A stretch of DNA of 64,000 bases from Mantamonas sphyraenae STR306. Lineage: Eukaryota; Protista; CRuMs. The notes below the pieces were generated by a model. That model ran no database searches. It was not told the DNA's origin and was given only the letters and a program-made list of their open reading frames with translations. Positions 45,349 through 59,600 of this stretch are shown piece by piece (the first letter of the stretch is position 1; each line of letters starts with the position of its first letter). The stretch lies in assembly GCA_026936335.1 (NCBI GenBank), contig JAPMXV010000039.1:1-64000 (forward strand). The letters run 5' to 3'. A program made the position numbers and the translations under genes.

Positions 45349-48300
45349 ATGTCGAGTGCAGACGAGAGCGCAAGCTCGGGCGGGGCAGATGCAGCAACGC
45401 TGTTCAAGCAAGGAAAGGCACTGGCGAAGAAACGAGACTACAAAGGGGCGTTGGAGCTGTACAACCAGGCCCTAGAAGCGAGTCCTGACAACGCCAAGAT
45501 TCTGTTCAACATTGGCAACTCCTTGTGCTCCATCAAGCGCTACAAAGAGGCATTGCCCCACTACGAGCGTGCACTCGAGGTGGATCCAAAGAACGATCGC
45601 ATCTACAACAACTTTGGACTGGCATGCAAGGTATGTCAAGAGAGAGAGGGTGTCCCTTTGGAGTGTTCCCTGTTGATCGTTGCCAAGTTGCTTCACGGTT
45701 TCGAGCTCTGACACGCGGATCCGTCGACGACAACGGGACAGAACATCGGGGAGTACCAGCGTGCAGTGGACATCTTCAAGCGGGGCCTGGAGATCAAGTC
45801 GAAGGACAGCATGCACAACAACCTGGGCTCGACCTACGAAATGCTGGACCGGTGCGTTTCCCCGCCGCACGTCTTTTGGGCCAGCGGTCACATCTCCACA
45901 CACGCCTACGCACTGAACTGACATTCGTACAACACACACCGCGTTGCCTAATGATCCCCCCTGTCGCTGAACCTGCAAAGATACGAGGAGGCCATCGAGC
46001 AGTACGAGCTCGCAGTGGCCCAGAACCCAAGTGAGTTTGCGAGTTTGTGTGTGTAGAGAGAAACGGACACATAGTTGGCTTCTTGTGAAGACTACACCGT
46101 AGAGCATACACTGACCGTTGTTGCTGACATCATGTTGGTGGATCATCGCCCATGCACAGAGTACGACAACGCGTTTTACAACTGGGGGATTGCCTTGAAG
46201 AATCTGGGCAAGTTCGAACTGGCAATCGACGTGTACAAGAAGGCCCTGGACATCAACCCAAAGTTTGACAAGTGCGAAACAAACTGGGGCTATTGCTTGT
46301 ACAAGCTGCGCAGGTACGAAGAGGCCATCGAGCATTACGAAAAGGCGGTGGAGGTGAACAGCAAAGCGGAAGGTGCCCACCTGAACTGGGCCCAATGCCT
46401 CCGTCACCTTGGACGTCACGACGAAGCGGTGCCTGTTGCAAAGCGCGCTGTGGAACTGAAACCCAAGGACGATCGGGCCATGAATTTGCTTGGAACGTGC
46501 TATGCCAAGAGCGGACAGCATGAAGAAGCCATCGAGTGCTTCAGCAAGGCCACAGAGATGAACGAGAAGAACGACGAGGCACACTTCAACTGGGCCAACG
46601 TGTTGTTTTCCATGAAGTCGTACGATGAGGCCATCGAGCAGTACCGACGAGCCACTGCGGTGAATCCGCGTGGCCACCAAGCTCATGCCAACTGGGGCAA
46701 CGCACTCATCAAGATGGGCAAGTATGAGACGGCCGTGCATCAGTATCAAGCCGCTGCTGCGGCACAGGGATCAGAAGATGCTGAAATGGCCCCAGGAATT
46801 CACCACAACTGGGGCAACGCCTTGAAGCACCTGGGTCAGTTTGAGGCGGCGGCCGAACAGTACCGCAAAGTGCTGGACAAGGCGGAAGACGATGACCGCG
46901 CAGCCAACTCACTTGGGTTCTGTCTGCTGAGCATGGGGCGAGTGGAGGAGAGTATCGAGGAGTTTGAGCGAGCCAACGCCATCAACCCGGACAACAGGGC
47001 CGTACACACAAACTGGGGCAATGCGCTGAAGCGCTTGGGACGCCTGGAAGAGGCAATGGAGCATCACGAGCGTGCATTGGAGCTTGCAGCGGAGCAAGAA
47101 GCCGATGGGGAACAGCCGGGTGGCGCATCGGGGGCCCAGGAAGAAGGACACGGTCCAGGGCGCAAGGAAGCCAAGAAACATCATACCACGGCCACATTGA
47201 ACACAATGGCCCAGTCATTGGTGGAAATGGGACGCTATGATGAAGCAGTGGACAAATACGAGAGCTCGTTGGCGACGGATCCGGACAACGTGCACACGCT
47301 GGTCAACTATGGGATTGCGTTGAAGTACCTGGGACGGTACGACGAAGCCGTGGAGGCGTACAAGCGGGCGCTGGAACTTGACCCAAAGATGGACAAGGCA
47401 GAAACGAACATGGCGTTTGTGCTGTTCAAGCAAGGGGACTTTGAAGGGTGTATTGAGCACAACAAGCGTGCCTTTGAGATGAACAGCAGCAACACACGTG
47501 CGCTGAACAACATTGGAAACGCATATGTGCAGCTCGGGGAGCTGGACAACGCCCTGGAGTCGTATCGCCAGGTTCTGTCAATTGTTGCAAACGAAGGCAA
47601 GGCGATGATGAACATTGGTCACGTGTTGGACCTGCAAGGCAAGTACGAGGATGCGCTCAAAATGTACCAGGCTGTGCTTGCCAGCAGCGACAGCGGGACG
47701 GAGATCAACTCGTTTGCGCAGAACTGCATGGCCACGGATCTGATGCGCTTGGAGCGGTGGGACGAGGCGGCTGAGCACTACGAAGCGTCCTTTATGCACG
47801 ATGAAGCGACGTACAATTCGTGTGCACTTGCCCTGAAGCATCTGGACAGACACGAAGAGGCGATTTCGTGGTGCAAGAGCAGCCTGAGCATCAACGAACG
47901 GTACGAACCGGCGCACATCAACATGAGCAATTTGTTGATGAGCGTGGGACGCATGGAAGAGGCCGTGGATCACCTGAAAGTGTGCGTAGAGGTGAATCCG
48001 AGCAATAGCGTGGCGTTCTTCCACTTGGGTCTTGCGTACGCCTCTATGAACAGGCCCGAGGAGGCTGTGGAGAGCATGCGGGAGGCACTTTCGATCAACC
48101 CGCAGCTGGTGGAGGCGTATGAGGTGCAAAGCAAGCTACTGTACACGCTGGGACGAGTGGAAGAGGCACGCAAAGCACAAGGATCTGTTGTGGCCATCGA
48201 GAACGAAGACGCACAGTACAGGGCAAAGAAGATGCTTGTGCAGTTGCTGCAGGAACTGGAGGACCACGACGGTGCTTTGCATGTGTTGGAAGAGTGTGAC

Positions 48301-48549
48301 GAGAGCCAGACATTCACACACACCGCTAGGTGCCAAAGCCTGCTTGCAAAAGGCCAATTGGAAGAGGCTGCACAGGCTCTTGGGCAAGTGACCGGTGTGG
48401 AGCTGAACACTGGGATGTGCAAACTGTTGGCTCACATGTATGTGAAGCTGGGGGACTTTGACCGGGCATTGCAGGCATTGGAGAACGTGGAGGGAGACAA
48501 AGAGGCCGACGAGTTGCGTGTGGATTTGCGCGCCGTGGCCACGCGCTGA
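45349..48549 (+). CDS. Multi-TPR repeat protein (>20 TPRs); several short introns at 45630-46160
   Basis: Repeated 34-aa motifs such as AHFNWANVLFSMKSYDEAIEQYRRATAVNP. Confidence 0.9.
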
Positions 48550-48587
48550 TGGGAGCAACCAGTCACCAAAAAAAAGCAAGATTGACC

Positions 48588-50835
48588 ATGAGCATGTCTG
48601 TGTTGCCTCTGCGAAAGCTGGCATTGAGTTGCATGCTGGTTCTGGCGTTGGTGTGGTCGGTGGAAGGAGTGGTGGGCCCCAACACGCTGACCGGGTATTC
48701 TGCGCGTTGGCGCTCGCATACGACCTACAAAGACGGACGTCCTAGTGTGCACGCCTCGGGCGAGTTGTTTGTGGACAAGTACGAAGAAGATGGAAGGAGA
48801 AAAGGGTGTTTCCTTGCATTGCTGGATTCCGGATCATCGCTGACACACCCTCCGCGAATCACCATCAATGTTCAGGAACGCACAGGTGCTGCGTATTGAC
48901 GGCGACATGAGCCGTGGTACCGCGCACTCGGAGGCAGTGACCATCTATCAGGGGGTAGGTTGCACGGTGAGAAAATTCCGGCCCGGTCCCTTTTTTGACA
49001 CCCGCCGGCGATCACTTCCACTTCCACAGAGCTACCGCTGGAGGATCCGGCAGAACGTGACGATGCCCAACAGCAACATCACGTGCCACTTTGAGGCGAA
49101 CCACACGTCGCCGTTCCTGGGCAATGCATTTGAACCCACGAAATACCGTGGGGTGCAGTTCTGGCGTGGCCGCTTGGCGGATGTGTGGGACGAAGTGCCG
49201 ACGTTTGGAGGCCCCATGCGTGAGGGACCGCCCGTTACCTACTACGAGGACCACTTTGAGCACAAGCCGCTTGCGTATCACCGTGAGACGAGCACATACA
49301 CGTACGAAGTGACGTTTTCCGACTTTGGGGAGCCGCCTGCAGACGTGACGACGTTCACGGTGCCCAAGCACATCACTTGCGACGGGAGCAACGAAAACAA
49401 CGTGGAAACACGTCCAGAGCATATTCCGCCGCGCCCTTCGGCCCCGAAGAACTGGGAAACGTGGATCGGTTACACGAGCGCAGACGGCAAGGTGAACGGC
49501 CGAGGCTTCTTTGCCACGTCGCACGACGCCAACGCCGTGCACTGGCGGGGCGATTTCTACAACTCGCAGCGTTCGCGTGGTGTGCCTCCGTCGACAGTGG
49601 CAACGTCCATCTACCACGACGGAAAGCTGACCAACATCTACGAGCACGACGACACCAACCACGAAAACGGACCGATCCGCTGCACAACGACGGTGAACGA
49701 CACCAACCCTTGGGTGGATCTGTTTAACCACCATGCGTACCACAAGGCCAAGTACATGGGGCTGCAGTTCCTGAACAACGGCTTCAAGAACGCTCAACTG
49801 GTGGAGGTGTGGCACAACGTGTCGTTGCCCTCGTTCGGCAGCGCCAACTTCACGGACATCCTCTACATCGACGCATTCAACAAGAATCCCGTGCGACTGG
49901 CTGTGGAAAACAACGGAACGACGCTGTTTGTCAACTTCTACGCCGTCGTGACGACGGCTGCGATCAACGCAGACCTGTTCCTGGTTCCGCAGCAGCTGAA
50001 GTGCACTGGGCCGCCTGCAAGCGGGCTCAAATTGCACAGGCCGCCTTTGAACCCGCACTGGCACTCGTACTTCTTCCAGCGGGTGGACGGCGCCCTGAAC
50101 CACACGCGGGACTTTGGCCGCCTGTTTGTGGACCGTGGCAACGAGTTTTTCCGTTCTGACAACAGCGTGTTTGAGCAGGGATCGCGAGAGCGCCACCATG
50201 CCATCCACATCCGCCACAAGAACTTTGAGTGGCACATTGACGACCGCACAGGGACGCCTATGTGCACGTTCAACTGGAACGTGACCACCCCCGTGTATGA
50301 GAAGGACCCATTCCGTGACGCTGTGTTTGCAGGTGTGCGTGTCAAGAACGGACGCTTTGTGGATGTGTGGGACAAGGTGCACCTGTTCCAGCGACGCGGC
50401 AGCGCTCCGTACATCGACGTGCGCTACCACGCTGACCTGTTTACGCATGAGCTGGTGGAGCTGGAGTTTCAGACACCACGTGGAGACAACGTGACCCTGA
50501 GTACATTTGTACACAGCGACGAGCCGACGTCGCTGGACGTGGCCACTGTGGGTCGGGAGTTGAACTGCCGGGATATCACGCCACACGATCACCCCGAGGA
50601 CAACAACAAGGGAGACGCGGGCAAGAGCTCGTCTGGAAGCGACCAGCCTGCACCGAAGCCCGACCCGTGTGTGGGCAAGGTGGAAAACGGAGTCATGGCG
50701 GGAGTCAGCGTGGCCTTGTTTGCCGTGGGACTTGTCCTCGGTGCCATTGCCTACCGCGTGTTCAACAAGCGCAAAGCTGGTTCGGGCAACAGTTTCAACG
50801 AGCTGGACGAGGTGGGAACGGGAACGAGTGCATGA
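48588..50835 (+). CDS. Type I membrane protein with signal peptide and three tandem ependymin/LolA-like (EPDR-like) domains; intron ~48779-48875
   Basis: Signal peptide LALSCMLVLALVWSVEG; three ~190-aa repeats (G.LFVD..., (Y/F).G...G..V.VW..V, F.VP...C); TM GVSVALFAVGLVLGAIAY; short tail. Confidence 0.7.
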
Positions 50836-51047
50836 TTTGATCGGAATGGAGCACGTTTGAACGTTTGATGTGAGATGGGCCGCTGGCTGTGGACCGGCTG
50901 GAATTGCACCGCTGACGACGACGCACGAGTGGTGTTCCATGAGCACCCTGAGGTTGATTCTGATGGGTGTGGATCGGGAGTCTGTGTTGCCCTGTGCAAA
51001 ACGTGTGCTGCGGCCGATGCGCGCAGGCAGCCAAACCCAATTCAAAA

Positions 51048-53074
<2,027 letters not shown>

Positions 53075-53246
53075 ACACGCTCACTGACTGCCACATGTTC
53101 CCGCCTTGCAAGAATCGTCTTGTTTCATTCGTTCAGTGTGCGTTTTTGGGGTGGGCACCACGAGATCCCATCCCATCAACCGAGTTTTCATGTAAACTCA
53201 ACTCGGCCATGGAACAAGAAACACCCACACCTCTTCATCACCATCA

Positions 53247-54465
53247 TTAATCCACCTGCATTTCCTTCCCGCCACCCTGTGCAATGTCCAGCGTCTCCTT
53301 GCGCGCCTGCTGAAAGATGCCCACCAGAGCGCCAGCTTGCAGCTTCTCGTTGGCCCCGCTTGCCAGTCGGTACTCCAGCTCCGCCAAGTTGGTGACCAGA
53401 TTCATCAACACCTTGTCTGGAAAGTCGATGGTCATCACGTACTCGTGCACTCGTGTGACAATGTCCGTCAGGGCCAACCCCCGCTCAGTCTTCAATGCAT
53501 ACAATTCGGTGTACGCTTCCTTAAACGACGAGTTCAACAGCCACTGAGTGATGGACTCGATGTCTTTGGGCGTCGCCGTTCCTGTCGACAGGTACACCGC
53601 TTCCTCGTCAATCTGCCTCCCACGGTGACTCATAGCAGTTGCCTGCAACACATTCAGCGTTTTGCGCATGTCACCTGCTGCAAGCTTCAACAAGGCATCT
53701 TTCGCCTCCTCAGAGATATCCAGCTGCTCTTGCTCAACTACCGTCTCCAGCCGCGCGCGCATGTCCTCCTCCGCCAGCGGGCCGAATCGAAACCGCGTGC
53801 AACGCGACTGGATGGCGCTCGAGATCTTGTTTACATGGTTGCAAATGAAGCAAAACCGCACGTTCTTTGTGTACGTCTCAATCACTGCGCCTGTGTAAGT
53901 CTCTGTGTCGCGTCTGCGCCTGCCAAACTGCAAACTCCCCTTCCGTCTTGATCACCCACCCGCAGCACCTTTTTTTGTCACCCCTTTTGTGTGCTCTCCC
54001 ACCTCTCCTGCCAACCATCCCCCACCTAAGCACACACTTACCTCGACGCAGCGCACTCTGTGCATCTCGTGTCAGCGCATCCGCCTCGTCCAGGATAATC
54101 AGCTTTGTGTCGGACGAAAAGATCGTGCGTGTGCTCGCAAACGACTTGATCTCGTTCTGCACCACACTCAGACCTCGCTGGTCTGACGCGTTCAGCTCCA
54201 GCACCATGCTCCCCTGATTCTTTGCATACAGCTGGTTTGCCACAGCCAGAATCGTCGATGTTTTGCCGCTGCCCGGCGGGCCGTACAGCAAAAGATGTGG
54301 CAGCCGTCCCTGGTCGATAAACTTGTTGATCGTGCTGATAATCTCGCCCTGTCCGCTGATTTCCTCCAACGACGCAGGACGATACTTTTCAATCCACGGA
54401 AGGGAGTCCCCTTGCGACCCCTTGCCCGACGACGAAGACGACGATGCGGCGCTTTCAACGTCCAT
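53247..54465 (-). CDS. RFC5: Replication factor C small subunit (human RFC5 / yeast Rfc3); intron 53885-54041
   Basis: PWIEKYRP, PHLLLYGPPGSGKTSTI, LELNASDQRG, IILDEAD, IQSRCTRFRF. Confidence 0.93.
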
Positions 54466-54580
54466 GGCTTTTTGCTGGCTTTGGCTCCGCATGCGCTCCC
54501 CACCCTCAACACCATATTCTTTTCACCCCACACTTGTTTCCCGGTGCACGTGCATTTCCAAAAATCACCCTTTCTGTCTC

Positions 54581-56681
54581 TCACCGGCCAGATGGACTTG
54601 CCAACAGCCTGCTGTCCACTTGGTACGCCGAGTCTTGACTCACATCTGCCAGTCGCATCAACTTGCGCTTCAGTCCGTTCACATCCGTTTCCAGCACACG
54701 CATGTTGTTGTTCACCTGACTCTGCATCTCCTCCATCGCCTGTGCACTTGCTGCCAGGCGCTCGCGCACATCCCTCACCCGTTCCCGTGTCTCCTTGCGG
54801 TTGCTCTCGCTTGCTTCCGTCACAGCCTGCTGCACACTCGCCATCTTTCTGTTCAGTTCGTCGTGGTCCACCAGCGTGCGTACACGTGCTTCCAGCGACG
54901 TGTACATCTGCGACATCTGCTCCGCATCCGCCGCCTTCCGCAGCAGCGCCGTGTTGTCGTGCACGTATGCCTGCAGTGCCTCCAACTTCCCATGAAGGGT
55001 CTCTTCCATGCTCTGCACGTCTTTGATCGACGTCTCGCTCAGCGTGTGCACCCGTCGTTCCAGCTCTTCCACCTTGCGATCCAGCGAGGCACCAATGTCT
55101 TCGATGATCCGCTTCTCCAACGACACAGCCACATCTTGGCTCTGTTTGCCCACCTGTGTTTCCATATCCTTCAGGATGCGCCGCTCCAGCCGTTCCGCAA
55201 TCCCCTGCGACTGCACGTTCACCGTCTCGCTCACCAGCCGGTCCACCTTGTCGGCCACCACCTTCATCTGCCTCTCAAACTGTGCGTCCATCTTTGCGTG
55301 CAGGTCTTGGCTCATTTCCTTCTGCAGCGCCCCCTTGACACTTTTCATCTCCGCCTCAATCAGCTCGTGCAGTTTCTTCACCACCTTTCCATGCTCCTCA
55401 CGCATCTCCTCCGTCACCCTCCGGATTTCACTCTTCAATGAGTGTGCGTACGTGTCCTGCATGTCCTGCAGCCTGCGTTCCATCTCCGACCGAAGCATAC
55501 GCACCACCTCGTCTTCCGATGCCTGCAGCTTCGCCGATAGCGACTTGTGCACGTCACTCTTTACATTCTCTGCCAGCACCTGTTCCAGGTGTTGCACATT
55601 CATGCTGTGCTGCTGTTGTGCTGCTGCCTGCACCTGTCCCGCCAGCTGCGAGTGCGACTGCTGTCCTGCATTCCCCCATGCCTCTACGTTTGCCTGCAGC
55701 CGTCGTTCCATCTGCTTCAGTTCGCTTTGGTAGTGTCCTCGCAGCATGCTCGACACCTCCATCGGGTCCAGTTTCGCCAGCTTGGCTTCCACACGCGCAT
55801 CCAGTTCCTCCTTGTGCGACTCCAGCACCTCTGCCAGCTCCTCCGTCAGCACCGTCTCACGTTGCATCTTCACAAAGTCCTGCTGCAGCGAAAACAGCTC
55901 CTCGTCCACTTTCAGCCGCTGTTCCACCTTGGCCACGCGTTCTCCAAGCGCATCCAGTTTCTGATTCGACGCCTGCCGCACACGCTCCAGTGAGTCGCTC
56001 AGCTCGTACATGCTGTTTGTGTGAAACTCCACATGTCGTGCCAGCGCAAGTGTCGAGTTGGTTGCCCGCGCCGTCTCTTCCGGCTGTTCACCCCGCACCA
56101 GTGTGTGCCTCGTTGCGTGTCAGCATGTTTGCCTTTTTGGCCGTTGGCTGGCCACACTCCTTTTTCTTCCCGCACGCCCCTACCTTTGGACGCATGGACG
56201 CAGATGACGACGCCATGCCCGAACGACTGCTTCTGTGCATGGACTGCTGACCTGGCGAACTCAGAGCAATTTTCGACAACGAGGCACGCAGTTCTTGCGC
56301 CTGAGCGCTCGCGCTGAAACTGCGACGTGGCGAGGTTGGCGGCGAGCTTTCCCGCGACGATGACTCACTCGACAGGGGAGAGGGCAGCCTAAAGTCGTCG
56401 TCCACAGGCACCACCAGGTCCTGTTTGCTCAACCCTCCGCCTCCTCCGCCTCCTCCACCAGGCGACATTGTGTTTTGGGCCGACGTGCTCGACGACGCGC
56501 CAAACCCACTCGAGCCACCGCCCAGGCCCGACCGTCCATCTCCATGCAGCGAAAGCGACGCCAGCGAGGATGCAAACATGGACGAGCCCAGGCCCGAGCC
56601 CAAACCGCCCGTCGATTTGGTCGGGTCCCAAAGAGGGGACTGGGGAAAACTCGTCATTTCGGGTTGCATTTGGAAGCGCAT
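54581..56681 (-). CDS. Uncharacterised protein with Ser/Gly-rich N-terminus and long coiled coil; intron ~56085-56183
   Basis: ORFs 56088-56777 and 54581-56098 can be joined by a GT-AG intron with a CTGAC branch; heptad-rich. Confidence 0.65.
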
Positions 56682-56686
56682 GTTGG

Positions 56687-59600
56687 TCACACAATCAATC
56701 GCATCACGAGCTCCTCGTGCTCTTGGCTCAGTCCTCGCGTGTAGGAATCCAGCTCGCCTCCCATCACATCTGCACACTTGCGGATCAGCGCATTGTTGGC
56801 CTTCTTGATGTCAATCTTCTTGGCATTCAGCAGGGCAAACGACGACTTGAGCACATACTTGCCAATCAAATGAGCTCCCTTTTCCTCCCACAGCGGCTCC
56901 ACAAGGTCCATGAGGATGCCCAGCACCACGGGGCGTGTGCGTGTGTTGCCGTTGTCCACTAACGACGTAAACGGCTGCACCAGCAGCGACGCACGCACAT
57001 GCTCCACCAGCGCCCGCATTCCAGCCTCTGCCAGCGTCTGTACCTTTTTCTTGGAGCTCGACAGGCTCGAGGTCATGCCCAACACCAGTGTCGGCAGCAC
57101 CGTTTCCACGTGGTCGCCCAGCGATTCCGCCAGCTTTGGCACACACTCAAGCGCGGCAAGCAGTACCTTGAGGTTGCCGTCACTCAGACGTGGTGTAAAG
57201 CCGTCAAACAGTTTGGGCAGCACGTGCACGCTCTCGCTCGGGTATTCGTCGACAAGAGCACACATCTCCTCCATCCCTTCCAGCCTGTCCTGCCACAGCT
57301 TCGAGTCCAGCTTCTCCACAATCGTCGAAACCTTGTCAAACGCCTTGGGAAGTTTTGTCGACAGGAATGCGTTGCTGCTACTGCTACTTCCGTGCCTCTG
57401 CCTTGGTGGACGGCGTCCCCCACTTCCGCCCCGACTCGTCGCATTACGCACTACGGGACTCGCCAGTCCACTGCTGCTTGCCCCACTGGTGGTACTGCTG
57501 CTGCTGCTGCTGCTGCTGCTCCCACCACTGCCAAACACGTCTCCGGCCTCGCTCCCATTCCTACTCGCCCTGCGACCGTTCCGTTTGGCACTCATCGTGC
57601 GCTGGCTCAGCCCCACTGTGGAGTACCGTCGCCTTTGCTCGGCCGTCAGCTTGCTTACGGGCATTTGGCTTCCGCCGTTCTGCTTGGCGGTCGCCACCGC
57701 CTCCTTCAGTGCGTTCAGCATCCGCTCGCTGATGTTTGCTCGCATCGCACGCTTTTCAAACTCGCTGTCCGACGATCCACACGCCTCCCACACTTGGTAC
57801 GCCATGTGTCGACCAATGTTGCGCGTCACGCTGTTGCCCTCGCCCACGCTGTTGGCCACAACTTGCAGCAGCCGTTCAAACCCTTTGATCTGCACCACGC
57901 GGCTGCCCACCCTTTCAATGAGCCGGTCCAGATAGAACGCAGAGTTTCCACGCACCTGTGGGTTCTTGTGTGCACACATGGTCAACAGCGACGCAAGCAC
58001 CTTGGAATCCGTTGCGTTCTGAACCATCAGCTCCAGGGCACGGTCCACCGCATCCGTGATAAACACGTTCGTTTCGCCCGTCTTCTTCACCAGCACTGGC
58101 ACAATATAGTCCAGTTCAGAGTCCAGTGAGCGCGCAATGTGTGCAAACATGTCGCCGTAGCACGTGATCGCGTTCTTGCTGATTTGCGACCGCAAGTTGT
58201 TCACCGCCGCGTTCAGCAGCAACACAAGCGAGTGCAGATCGTTGCCAAGCAATACTTGGCTGTGAAACACAGCTGCGCGTCGCACTGTGTTCAGCGCCTC
58301 GTACTGCGTATCCCATTTGCTGTTGTCGTCCTCCAGATCCCGCAGAGCAGCCTTCACCTCCCGCGACGGCGACTCCAGCTCCGTCAGGTCCTCACTTGCC
58401 ATTTCGCCCAGCGGTTTGGCACTCGTCTCCATCAGTGTCTGCCTACGCCCGCGTCCCCCAGGCGTCGATCCCACGCTCGCGGCGCTGCTTGCTCGGCTCT
58501 TGCTTGTCCGTCGCGATCCAGTGGAAACACCCGAGCCATCCGAATCCACCGAAGCCGGGCTGTCACGGCTGTCTTCGCTCTCTATGGCCATCGTCGACAG
58601 CAAACTGCCGCTTCCCTTGCGTTTGGCCTCCTCCCCCGACGCAAGCCGCCGCCGCGTTGCACTGCTCAATCGCTTGGTCGACGGCGAGTATCCATACCCG
58701 TCACCTTCGCCATCTTCTTCTGAGCTCGACGTGCCTGTCGAGCCCTTCGACGGCGAGATTTCTGCTTCGGTGTACTTGTTCAGCGCGGCCAGATATCCAC
58801 CACCTCCACTGACTCCCTGAATGGGCCGCTCGTCGCCCATGTCTTGCTTGCGCGTCGACGACGATCCGTTGTTGTGTGCGCTCGCCTTTTTGGTCGTCAC
58901 TCCACCCAGCAGCTCGTCAAGATCTTCGCTGTCCTCATCATCGCTGTCCATCACAGACATGCGTGCTTTGAGGGCATTGACCTCGCGTAGGCTTGCACGT
59001 CGTTGCTCCCTTGCAGACAATTGACGTGCTTTCGTCTTTTTGTCCGTAGTCACGTCGGCGCTCTGTACACGCCGTCCATACATCGCCGCATATCCTCCTT
59101 CCTTTGATGGCTGTTGTTGACGAGCACCTCCCGCGCGACGTGCGCTCTTGGATCCTGTTGTCCGTTTCGACTGTGGAGGTGCCGACGATTCGTTGTCGGT
59201 GTTCCTTGTGGCGTCCGCACTCACATTCGACAGCAAGCCACTCCGCGCTGCATCCGCCAGATCCTTGCTTCCCGACCGTGCCATGTTGTTGTGACGCTTG
59301 CGCAGCGACGCACTCAGCTGTGGCGAGCGCAGAGGCACGTCCGTGTCCTCACCGTACCCAAACTCTTGCGCTTCATCGTGCGAGGCACGCAGCTTGTGCC
59401 GCGACGGCGCACGCCTACCGCCTCCTCCCCCTGCCGTTTCGTCGCCTCCTCCGTCTCGGCCTCCTCTGGACAGCTCGCGCCGCGGTTTGAATGGGTCGAA
59501 ATCATCGTCTCCCTGCTGTTGCTGTTGCTGCTTTTGCTGCTGCTTGCTGTTGGCCTTACCTCGGTGTTTCTTTGTACTTGCTGCAGACGAGGACATAGGT

